Assembly: GCA_964016885.1 (NCBI GenBank)
Contig: OZ024743.1
Span: 138,136,001 to 138,200,000, forward strand
Source: Eledone cirrhosa
Lineage: Eukaryota
DNA: 64,000 bases
Reading direction: 5' to 3'
Position numbers and translations under genes: made by a program. The notes beneath the pieces are model-generated. The model was not told the DNA's origin and made no database searches. It was given only the letters and a program-made list of their open reading frames with translations. This document shows positions 49,101-59,900 of the stretch, piece after piece. Numbering within the stretch: position 1 is the stretch's first letter; every line of letters starts with the position of its first letter.

Positions 49101-51290
49101 TGCTTGGTGTTTGGTGTTTGGTGCTTGGTGCTTGGTGTTTGTTGCTTGGTACTTGGTTCATGGTGTTTGGTGCTGGGTGCTTGGTGTTTGGTGCTTGGTG
49201 CTTGGTGTTTGGTGCTTGGTGCTTGGTGTTTGTACTTGGTGCTTGGTGCTTGGTTCTTGGTGTTTGGTGCTTGGTGCTTGGTGCTTGGTGCTTGGTGTTT
49301 GGTGCTTGGTGTTTGGTGCTTGGTGCTTGGTGTTTGGTGCTTGGTGTTTGGTGCTTGGTATTAGGTGTTTGGTGCTTGGTGCTTGGTGTTTGGTGTTTGG
49401 TGCTTGGTGTTTGGTGCTTGGTGCTTGGTGTTTGGTGTTTGGTGCTTGGTGTTTGGTGCTTGGTACTTGGTGCTTGGTGCTTGGTGTTAGGTGTTTGGTG
49501 CTTGGTGCTTGGTGTTTGGTTTTTGGTGCTTGGTGCTTGGTGTTTGGTGTTTGGTGCTTGCTGCTGGCTGCTTGCTGTTTGGTGCTTGGTGATTGGTGCT
49601 TGGTGTTTGGTGCTTGGTGTTTGGTGTTTGGTACTAGGTGCTTGGTGCTTGGTGTTTGGTGCTTGGTGCTTGGTGTTTGGTGTTTGGTGCTTGGTGCTTG
49701 GTGTTTGGTGCTTGGTGCTGGGTGCTGGGTGGTTGGTGTTTGGTGTTTGGTGTTTGGTGCTGGGTGCTTGGTGTTTGGTGCTTGGTGTTTGGTCTTTGGT
49801 GTTTGGTGTTTGGTGTTTGGTGCTTGGTGCTTGGTGCTTGGTGTTTGGTGCTTGGTGCTTGGTGTTTGGTGCTTGGTGCTTAGTGTTTGGTGCTAGGTGC
49901 TTGGGGTTTGGTGTTTGGTGCTTGGTGCTTGGTGTTTGGTGTTTGGTGCTTGGTGCTTGGTGTTTGGTGTTTGGTGCTTGGTGCTTGGTGTTTGGTGTTT
50001 GGTGTTTGCTGTTTGGTGTTTGGTGTTTGGTGTTTGCTGTTTGGTGTCTGCTTTTTGGTGTTTGGTGTTGGCTGTATGTTATTTGCTGTTTGGTGTTTGG
50101 TGTTTGGTGTTTGGTGCTTGGTGCTTGGTGTTTGGTGTTTGGTGCTTGGTGCTTGGAGTTTGGTGTTTGGTGCTTGGTGCTTGGTGTTTTGTGTTTGGTG
50201 TTTGGTTTTTGGTGCTTGGTGCTTGGTGCTTGTTGCTTGGTCCTTGGTGTTTGGTGCTTGGTGCTTGGTGTTTGTACTTGGTGCTTGGTGCTTGGTGTTT
50301 GGTTCTTGGTCCTTGGTGTTTGGTACTTGGTGCTTGGTGCTCGGTGCTTGGTGTTTGGTGTTTGGTGCTTGGTGTTTGGTGCTTGGTGCTTGGTGCTTGG
50401 TGTTAGGTGTTTGGTGCTTGGTGCATGGTGTTTGGTGCTTGGTGTTTGGTGTTTGCTGTTTGGTGTTTGGTGCTTGGTGTTTGGTGTTTGCTGTTTGGTG
50501 TCTGCTTTTTGGTGTTTGGTGTTTGCTGTATGGTGTTTGCTGTTTCGTGTTTGGTGTTTGCTGTTTGGTGTTTGGTGTTTGCTGTTTGGTGTTTGGTCTT
50601 TGGTGCTTGGTGTTTGGTGCTTGGTGCTTGGTGTTTGGTGTTTGGTGCTTGGTGCTTGGTGCTTCGTGTTTGGTGTTTGGTGCTTGGTGTCTGGAGCTTG
50701 GTGTTTGGTGTTTGGTGCTTGGTATTTGGTGTTTGGTGCTTGGTGCTTGGTGTTTCGTGCTTGGTGCTTGGTGTTTGTACTTGGTGCTTGGTGCTTGGTG
50801 TTTGGTGCTTGGTTCTTGGTGTTTGGTGCTTGGTGTTTGGTGCTTGATGCTTGGTGTTTGGTGCTTGGTGCTTGGTGTTTGGTGTTTGGTGCTTGGTGCT
50901 TGGCGCTTGGTGTTTGGTGTTTGGTGCTTGGTGCTTGGTGTTTGGTGTTTGGTTCTTGGTGCTTGGTATTTGGTGCTTGGTGCTTGCTGCTTGGTGTTTG
51001 GTGCTTGGTGATTGATGCTTGGTGTTTGATGCTTGGTGCTTGGTGTTTGGTTTTTGGTGCTAGGTGCTTGGTGCTTGGTGTTTGGTGCTTGGTGTTTGGT
51101 GTTTGCTGCTTGGTGCTTGGGGCTTGGTGTTTGGTACTTGGTGCTTGGTGCTTGGTGTTTGGTGCTTGGTGCTTGGTGTATGGTGTTTGGTGTTTGGTGC
51201 TTGGTGTTTGGTGTTTGGTGCTTGGTGCTTGGTGTTTGTTGCTTGGTACTTGGTTCATGGTGTTTGGTGCTGGGTGCTTGGTGTTTGGTG
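44290..51290 (+). repeat. Three tandem copies of a ~2.1 kb block (offsets 2790 and 2097 bp) with a nested 658-bp duplication at ~46500-47810
   Basis: TTGTAC at 45385/48175/50272 and 45888/48678/50775. ORF triplets start at 45000/47790/49887 and 45010/47800/49897. The 81-aa ORFs at 46883 and 47541 are 658 bp apart. Confidence 0.93.
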
Positions 51291-51619
51291 CTTGGTGCTT
51301 GGTGTTTGGTGTTTGGTGCTTGGTGTTTGGTGTTTGGTGCTTGGTGCTTGGTGTTTGTTGCTTGGTACTTGGTGCATGGTGTTTGGTGCTGGGTGCTTGG
51401 TGTTTGGTGCTTGGTGTTTGGTGCTTGGTGCTTGGTGTTTGGTGTTTGGTGTTTGATGCTTGGTGTTTGATGCTTGGTGCTTGGTGCTTGGTGTTTGGTG
51501 CTTGGTGTTTGTACTTGGTGCTTGGTGTTTTGTGCTTGGTTCTTTGTGTTTGGTGTTTGGTGCTTGGTGCTTGGTGCTTGGTGTTAGGTGTTTGGTGCTT
51601 GGTGCTTGGTGTTTGGTGT

Positions 51620-54600
51620 TTGGTACTAGGTGCTTGGTGATTGGTGTTTGGCGCTTGGTGCTTGGTGTTTGGTGTTTGGTGTTTGGTGCTTGCTGCTTGG
51701 TGCTTGGTGCTGGGTGGTTGGTGTTTGGTGCTTGGTGATTAGTGTTTGGTGCTAGGTGCTTGGGGTTTGGTGTTTGGTGCTTGGTGCTTGGTGTTTGGTG
51801 CTTGGTGCTTGGTGTTTGGTGCTTGGTGCTTGGTGTTTGTTGTTTGGTGTTTGTTGTTTGGTGTTTGCTGTTTGGTGTTTGGTATTTGGTGTTTGCTGTT
51901 TGGTGTCTGCTTTTTGGTGTTTGGTGTTTGCTGTATGTTGTTTGCTGTTTGGTGTTTGGTGTTTGGTGTTTGGTGTTTGGTGATTGGTGCTTGGTGTTTG
52001 GTGCTTGGTGCTTGGTGTTTGGTGCCTGGTGCTTGGTACTTGGTGTTTGGTGTTTGGTGCTTGGTGCTTGGTGCTTGGAGTTTGGTGTTTGGTGCTTGGT
52101 GCTTGGTGTTTTGTGTTTGGTGTTTGGTTTTTGGTGCTTGGTGCTTGGTGCTTGGTAATTAGTCCTTGGTGTTTGGTGCTTGGGGCTTGGTGTTTGTACT
52201 TGGTGCTTGGTGCTTGGTGTTTGGTTCTTGGTTCTTGGTGTTTGGTACTTGGTGCTTGGTGCTTGGTGCTTGGTGTTTGGTGTTTGGTGCTTGGTGTTTG
52301 GTGCTTGGTGCTTGGTGCTTGGTGCTTGGTGTTAGGTGTTTGGTGCTTGGTGCTTGGTGTTTGGTGCTTGGTGTTTGCTGTCTGGTGTTTGGTGTTTGGT
52401 GTTTGGTGTTTGGTGCTTGGTGTTTGGTGTTTGGTGCTTGCTGCTTGGTGCTTGGTGCTGGGTGGTTGGTGTTTGGTGCTTGGTGATTAGTGTTTGGTGC
52501 TAGGTGCTTGGGGTTTGGTGTTTGGTGCTTGGTGCTTGGTGTTTGGTGCTTGGTGCTTGGTGTTTGGTGCTTGGTGCTTGGTGTTTGTTGTTTGGTGTTT
52601 GTTGTTTGGTGTTTGCTGTTTGGTGTTTGGTATTTGGTGTTTGCTGTTTGGTGTCTGCTTTTTGGTGTTTGGTGTTTGCTGTATGTTGTTTGCTGTTTGG
52701 TGTTTGGTGTTTGGTGTTTGGTGTTTGGTGATTGGTGCTTGGTGTTTGGTGCTTGGTGCTTGGTGTTTGGTGCCTGGTGCTTGGTACTTGGTGTTTGGTG
52801 TTTGGTGCTTGGTGCTTGGTGCTTGGAGTTTGGTGTTTGGTGCTTGGTGCTTGGTGTTTTGTGTTTGGTGTTTGGTTTTTGGTGCTTGGTGCTTGGTGCT
52901 TGGTAATTAGTCCTTGGTGTTTGGTGCTTGGGGCTTGGTGTTTGTACTTGGTGCTTGGTGCTTGGTGTTTGGTTCTTGGTTCTTGGTGTTTGGTACTTGG
53001 TGCTTGGTGCTTGGTGCTTGGTGTTTGGTGTTTGGTGCTTGGTGTTTGGTGCTTGGTGCTTGGTGCTTGGTGCTTGGTGTTAGGTGTTTGGTGCTTGGTG
53101 CTTGGTGTTTGGTGCTTGGTGTTTGCTGTCTGGTGTTTGGTGTTTGGTGTTTGGTGTTTGCTGTTTGGTGTCTGCTTTTTGGTGTTTGGTGTTTGCTGTA
53201 TGGTGTTTGCTGTTTGGTGTTTGGTGCTTCGTGTTTGGTGTTTGGTCTTTGGTGATTGGTGTCTGGTGCTTGATGTTTGGTGTTTGGTGTTTGGTGCTTG
53301 GTGCTTGGTGTTTGGTGCTTGGTGCTTGGTGTTTGTACTTGGTGCTTGGTGTTTGGTGTTTGGTGCTTGGTTCTTGGTGTTTGGTGCTTGGTGTTTGGTG
53401 CTTGGTGCTTGGTGTTTGGTGCTTGGTGCTTGGTGTTTGGTGTTTGGTGCTTGGTGCTTGGTGCTTGGTGTTAGGTGTTTGGTGCTTGGTGCTTGGTGTT
53501 TAGTGTTTGGTTCTTGGTGCTTGGTATTTGGTGCTTGGTGCTTGCTGCTTGGTGTTTGGTGCTTGGTGATTGATGCTTGGTGTTTGGTGCTTGGTGCCCA
53601 GTGTTTGGTTTTTGGTGCTAGGTGCTTGGTGCATGGTGTTTGGTGCTTGGTGTTTGGTGTTTGGTGGTTGGTGCTTGGGGATTGGTGTTTGGTACTTGGT
53701 GCTTGGTGCTTGGTGTTTGGTGCTTGGTGCTTGGTGTTTGGTGCTTGGTGCTTGGTGCTTGTTGTTTGGTGATTGGTGCTTGGTGCTTGGTGTTTGGTGT
53801 TTGGTGCTTGGGGCTTGGTGTTTGGTGCTGCGTGCTTGGTGCTTGGTGCTTGGTGCTTGGTGCTTGGTGTTTGATGCTTGGTGTTTGATGCTTTGTGTTT
53901 GGTGTTTGGTGTTTGGTGCTTGGTGTTTGGTGTTTGATGCTTGGTGCTTGATGCTTGGTGCTTGGTACTTGGTGTTTGGTGCTTGGTGCTTGGTGTTTGG
54001 TGTTTGGTGCTTGGTGCTTGGTGTTTGGTGCTTGGTGCTTGGTGCTTGTTGTTTGATGATTGGTACTTGGTGCTTGGTGTTTGGTGTTTGGTGCTTGGGG
54101 CTTGGTGTTTGGTGCTGCGTGCTTGGTGCTTGGTGCTTGGTGCTTGGTGCTTGGTGTTTTGTGTTTGGTGTTTGATGCTTGGTGCTTGGTGTTTGGTGTT
54201 TGGTGCTTGGTGTTTGGTGTTTGCTGTTTGCTGTTTGCTGTTTCGTGTTTGCTGTTTGGTGTTTGGTGTTTGGTGTTTGCTGTTTGGTGTTTGCTGTTTG
54301 GTGTTTGGTGCTTGCTGTTTGGTGCTTGGTGTTTGGTGCTTGGTGCTTGGTGTTTGGTGTTTGGTGTTTGGTGCTTGGTGCTTGGGGCTTGATTTGGTGC
54401 TTGGTGCTTGGTACTTGGTGTTTGGTGTTTGGTGCTTGGTGTTTGGTGCTTGGTGCTTGGTGCTGGGTGTTTGGTGCTTGGTGTTTGGTGCATGGTGCTT
54501 GGTGCTTGTTGTTTGTCGCTTGTTGCTTGGTGCTTGGTGTTTGGTGCTTGGTGCTTGGTGTTTGGTGTTTGGTGCTTGGTGCTTGGTTTTTGGTGTTTGG

Positions 54601-57600
54601 TGCTTGGTGTTTGGTGTTTGGTGCTTGGTGCTTGGTGTTTGCTGCTTGGTACTTGGTGCATGGTGTTTGGTGCTGGGTGCTTGGTGTTTGGTGCTTGGTG
54701 TTTGGTGCTTGGTGCTTGGTGTTTGGTGTTTGGTGTTTGATGCTTGGTGTTTTATGCTTGGTGCTTGGTGTTTGGTGCTTGGTGTTTGTACTTGGTGCTT
54801 GGTGCTTGGTGTTTTGTGCTTGGTTCTTGGTGTTTGGTCTTTGGTGCTTGGTACTTGGTGCTTGGTGTTAGGTGTTTGGTGCTTGGTGCTTGGTGTTTGG
54901 TGTTTGGTCCTTGGTGCTTGGTGCTTGGTGTTTAGTGCTTGGTGCTTGGTGTTTGTTGTTTGGTGCTTTCTGCTTGCTGCTTGGTGTTTGCTGCTTGGTG
55001 CTTGGTGCTTGGTGTTTGGTGTTTGGTGCTAGGTGCTTGGTGTTTGGTGTTTGGTGTTTGATGCTTGGTGTTTGGTGCTTGGTGTTTGGTGCTTGGTGCT
55101 TGGGGCTTGGTGTTTGGTGCTTGGTGCTTGGTGCTTGGTGTTTGGTGCTTGGTGTTTGGTGTTTGGTGTTTGATGCTTGGTGTTTGGTGCTTGGTGTTTG
55201 GTGCTTGGTGCTTGGGGCTTGGTGTTTGGTGTTTGGTGCTTGGTGCTTGGTGTTTGGTGCTTGGTGCTTGGTGCTGGGTGGTTGGTTTTTGGTGCTTGGT
55301 GCTTGGTGTTTGGTGCTTGGTGCTTGGTGCTTGGTGTTTGGTGCTTGGTGCTTGGTGCTTGGTCTTTGGTGCTTGGTGTTTGGTGTTTGGTGCTTGGTGC
55401 TTTGTGTTTGGTGCTTGGTGATTAGTGTTTTGTGCTTGGTGCTTGGGGTTTGGTGTTTGGTGCTTGGTACTTGGTGTTTGGCGCTTGGTGTTTGGTGTTT
55501 GCTGTTTGGTGTTTGGTGTTTGGTGTTTGCTGTATGGTGTTTGCTGTTTCGTGTTTGGTGTTTGCTGTTTGGTGTTTGGTGTTTGCTGTTTGGTGTTTGG
55601 TCTTTGGTGCTTGGTGTTTGGTGCTTGGTGCTTGGTGTTTGGTGTTTGGTGCTTGGTGTTTGGTGTTTGGTGCTTGGTGCTTGGTGCTTGGTGTTTGGTG
55701 TTTGGTGTTTGGTGCTTGGTGTCTGGTGCTTGGTGTTTGGTGTTTGGTGTTTGGTGCTTGGTGTTTGGTGTTTGGTGTTTGGTGTTTGGTGCTTGTTGCT
55801 TGGTACTTGGTGCTTGGTGTTTGGTGCTTGGTGCTTGGTGTTTGGTGCTGGGTGCTTGGTGTTTGGTGCTTGGTTCTTGGTGCTTGGTGTTTGGTGTTTG
55901 GTGCTTGGTGCTTGGTGCTTGGTGTTTGGTGTTTGGTGCTTGGTGTTTTATGCTTGGTGTTTGATGTTTGGTGCTTGGTGCTTGGTGTTTGGTGCTTGGT
56001 GCTTGGTGTTTGTACTTGGTGCTTGGTGCTTGGTTCTTGGTGTTTGGTGCTTGGTGCTTGGTGCTTGGTGCTTGGTGTTTGGTGCTTGGTGTTTGGTGCT
56101 TGGTGTTTGGTGCTTGGTGCCTGGTGCTTGGTGCTTGGTGTTTGGTGCTTGGTGTTTGGTGCTTGGTATTAGGTGTTTGGTGCTTGGTGCTTGGTGTTTG
56201 GTGTTTGGTGCTTGGTGTTTGGTGCTTGGTGCTTGGTGTTTGGTGTTTGGTGCTTGGTGTTTGGTGCTTGGTACTTGGTGCTTGGTGCTTGGTGTTAGGT
56301 GTTTGGTGCTTGGTGCTTGGTGTTTGGTTTTTGGTGCTTGGTGCTTGGTGTTTGGTGTTTGGTGCTTGCTGCTGGCTGCTTGGTGTTTGGTGCTTGGTGA
56401 TTGGTGCTTGGTGTTTGGTGCTTGGTGTTTGGTGTTTGGTACTAGGTGCTTGGTGCTTGGTGTTTGGTGCTTGGTGCTTGGTGTTTGGTGTTTGGTGCTT
56501 GGTGCTTGGTGTTTGGTGCTTGGTGCTGGGTGCTGGGTGGTTGGTGTTTGGTGTTTGGTGTTTGGTGCTGGGTGCTTGGTGTTTGGTGCTTGGTGCTTGG
56601 TCTTTGGTGTTTGGTGTTTGGTGATTGGTGCTTGGTGCTTGGTGCTTGGTGTTTGGTGCTTGGTGCTTGGTGTTTGGTGCTTGGTGCTTAGTGTTTGGTG
56701 CTAGGTGCTTGGGGTTTGGTGTTTGGTGCTTGGTGCTTGGTGTTTGGTGCTTGGTGCTTGGTGTTTGGTGTTTGGTGCTTTGTGCTTGGTGTTTGGTGTT
56801 TGGTGTTTGCTGTTTGGTGTTTGGTGTTTGGTGTTTGCTGTTTGGTGTCTGCTTTTTGGTGTTTGGTGTTGGCTGTATGTTATTTGCTGTTTGGTGTTTG
56901 GTGTTTGGTGTTTGGTGCTTGGTGCTTGGTGTTTGGTGTTTGGTGCTTGGTGCTTGGAGTTTGGTGTTTGGTGCTTGGTGCTTGGTGTTTTGTGTTTGGT
57001 GTTTGGTTTTTGGTGCTTGGTGCTTGGTGCTTGTTGCTTGGTCCTTGGTGTTTGGTGCTTGGTGCTTGGTGTTTGTACTTGGTGCTTGGTGCTTGGTGTT
57101 TGGTTCTTGGTTCTTGGTGTTTGGTACTTGGTGCTTGGTGCTTGGTGCTTGGTGTTTGGTGTTTGGTGCTTGGTGTTTGGTGCTTGGTGCTTGGTGCTTG
57201 GTGTTAGGTGTTTGGTGCTTGGTGCTTGGTGTTTGGTGCTTGGTGTTTGGTGTTTGCTGTTTGGTGTTTGGTGTTTGGTGTTTGGTGTTTGCTGTTTGGT
57301 GTCTGCTTTTTGGTGTTTGGTGTTTGCTGTATGGTGTTTGCTGTTTCGTGTTTGGTGTTTGCTGTTTGGTGTTTGGTGTTTGCTGTTTGGTGTTTGGTCT
57401 TTGGTGCTTGGTGTTTGGTGCTTGGTGCTTGGTGTTTGGTGTTTGGTGCTTGGTGCTTGGTGCTTCGTGTTTGGTGTTTGGTGCTTGGTGTCTGGAGCTT
57501 GGTGTTTGGTGTTTGGTGCTTGGTGTTTGGTGTTTGGTGCTTGGTGCTTGGATGTTTGGTGCTTGGTTCTTGGTGTTTGGTGCTTGGTGTTTGGTGCTTG

Positions 57601-59900
57601 GTGCTTGGTGTTTGGTGCTTGGTGCTTGGTGTTTGGTGTTTGGTGCTTGGTGCTTGGTGCTTGGTGTTTGATGTTTGGTGCTTGGTGCTTGGTGTTTGGT
57701 GTTTGGTTCTTGGTGCTTGGTATTTGGTGCTTGGTGCTTGCTGCTTGGTGTTTGGTGCTTGGTGATTGATGCTTGGTGTTTGATGCTTGGTGCTTGGTGT
57801 TTGGTTTTTGGTGCTAGGTGCTTGGTGCTTGGTGTTTGGTGCTTGGTGTTTGGTGTTTGCTGCTTGGTGCTTGGGGCTTGGTGTTTGGTACTTGGTGCTT
57901 GGTGCTTGGTGTTTGGTGCTTGGTGCTTGGTGTATGGTGTTTGGTGTTTGGTGCTTGGTGTTTGGTGTTTGGTGCTTGGTGCTTGGTGTTTGTTGCTTGG
58001 TACTTGGTTCATGGTGTTTGGTGCTGGGTGCTTGGTGTTTGGTGCTTGGTGCTTGGTGTTTGGTGTTTGGTGCTTGGTGTTTGGTGTTTGGTGCTTGGTG
58101 CTTGGTGTTTGTTGCTTGGTACTTGGTGCATGGTGTTTGGTGCTGGGTGCTTGTTGTTTGGTGCTTGGTGTTTGGTGCTTGGTGCTTGGTGTTTGGTGTT
58201 TGGTGTTTGATGCTTGGTGTTTGATGCTTGGTGCTTGGTGCTTGGTGTTTGGTGCTTGGTGTTTGTACTTGGTGCTTGGTGTTTTGTGCTTGGTTCTTTG
58301 TGTTTGGTGTTTGGTGCTTGGTGTTTGGTGCTTGGTGTTAGGTGTTTGGAGCTTGGTGCTTGGTGTTTGGTGTTTGGTCCTTGGTGCTTGGTGTTTAGTG
58401 CTTGGTGCTTGGTGTTTGTTGTTTGGTGCTTTCTGCTTGCTGCTTGGCGTTTGGTGCTTGGTGCTTGGTGCTTGGTGTTTGGTGTTTGGTGCTAGGTGCT
58501 TGGTGTTTGGTGTTTGGTGTTTGATGCTTGGTGTTTGGTGCTTGGTGTTTGGTGTTTTGTGCTTGGTGCTTGGGGCTTGGTGTTTAGTGCTTGGTGCTTG
58601 GTGCTTGGTGTTTGGTGGTTGGTGCTTGGTGTTTGGTGTTTGGTGTTTGGTGCTTGGTGCTTGTTGTTTGGTGCTTGGTGCTTGGTGCTGGGTGGTTGGT
58701 ATTTGGTGCTTGGTGCTTGGTGTTTGGTGCTTGGTGCTTGGTGCTTGGTGTTTGGTGCTTGGTGCTTGGTGCTTGGTCTTTGGTGCTTGGTGTTTGGTGC
58801 TTGGTGCTTGGTGCTTGGTGTTTGGTGCTTGGTGATTAGTGTTTGGTGCTTGGTGCTTGGGGTTTGGTGTTTGGTGCTTGGTACTTGGTGTTTGGTGCTT
58901 GGTGTTTGGTGTTTGCTGTTTGGTGTTTGGTGTTTGCTGTTTGCTGTTTGCTGTTTGCTTTTTGGTGTTTGGTGTTTGCTGTATGGTGTTTGCTGTTTGG
59001 TGTTTGGTGTTTGCTGTTTGGTGTTTGGTGTTTGCTGTTTGGTATTTGGTGCTTGGTGTTTGGTGCTTGGTGCTTGGTGTTTGGTGTTTGGTGCTTGGTG
59101 CTTGGTGTTTGGCGTTTGTTGCTTGGTGCTTGGTGCTTGGTGTGTGGTGTTTGGTGTTTGGTGCTTGGTGTCTGGTGTTTGGTGTTTGGTGTTTGGTGCT
59201 TGTTGCTTGGTGCTTGGTGCTTGGGGTTTGGTTCTTGGTTCTTGGTGTTTGGTACTTGGTGCTTGGTGTTTGGTGCTGGGTGCTTGGTGTTTGGTGCTTG
59301 GTGCTTGGTGCTTGCTGTTTGGTGTTTGGTGCTTGGTGCTTGCTGTTTGGTGTTTGGTGTTATATGCTTGGTGTTTGATGCTTGGTGCTTGGTGCTTGGT
59401 ATTTGGTGTTTGGTGCTTGGTGTTTGTACTTGGTGCTTGGTTCTTGGTTCTTGGTGCTTGGTGCTTGGTGCTTAGTGCTTGGTGCTTGGTGTTTGGTGCT
59501 TGGTGTTTGGTGCTTGGTGTTTGGTGCTTGGTGCCTGGTGCTTGGTGCTTGGTGCTTGGTGTTTGGTGCTTGGTGTTTGGTGCTTGGTGTTATGTGTTTG
59601 GTGCTTGGTGCTTGGTGTTTGGTGTTTGGTGCTTGGTGTTTGGTGCTTGGTGCTTGGTGTTTGGTGTTTGGTGCTTGGTGTTTGGTGCTTGGTACTTGGT
59701 GCTTGGTGCTTGGTGTTAGGTGTTTGGTGCTTGGTGCTTGGTGTTTGGTTTTTGGTGCTTGGTGCTTGGTGTTTGGTGTTTGGTGCTTGCTGCTGGCTGC
59801 TTAGTGTTTGGTGCTTGGTGATTGGTGCTTGGTGTTTGGTGCTTGGTGTTTGGTGTTTGGTACTAGGTGCTTGGTGTTTGGTGTTTGGTGTTTGGTGCTT
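51620..59900 (+). repeat. Long-range direct copy of ~23260-32270 (offsets 29345, then 27674, then 27627 bp)
   Basis: Shares markers seen only in these two places: CCAGTGT (24253/53598), the 5-bp unit TTGAT (25030/54389) and TTGGGGA. The 610-aa pseudo-ORFs at 27198 and 54872 are nearly identical. Confidence 0.9.
51680..53150 (+). repeat. Tandem duplication, period 748 bp (107 units minus 1)
   Basis: GGTAATTAGTCC at ~52154 and ~52902; TTGTAC at 52194 and 52942. ORF pairs 51742/52490, 51746/52494 and 51756/52504 are identical. Confidence 0.93.
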
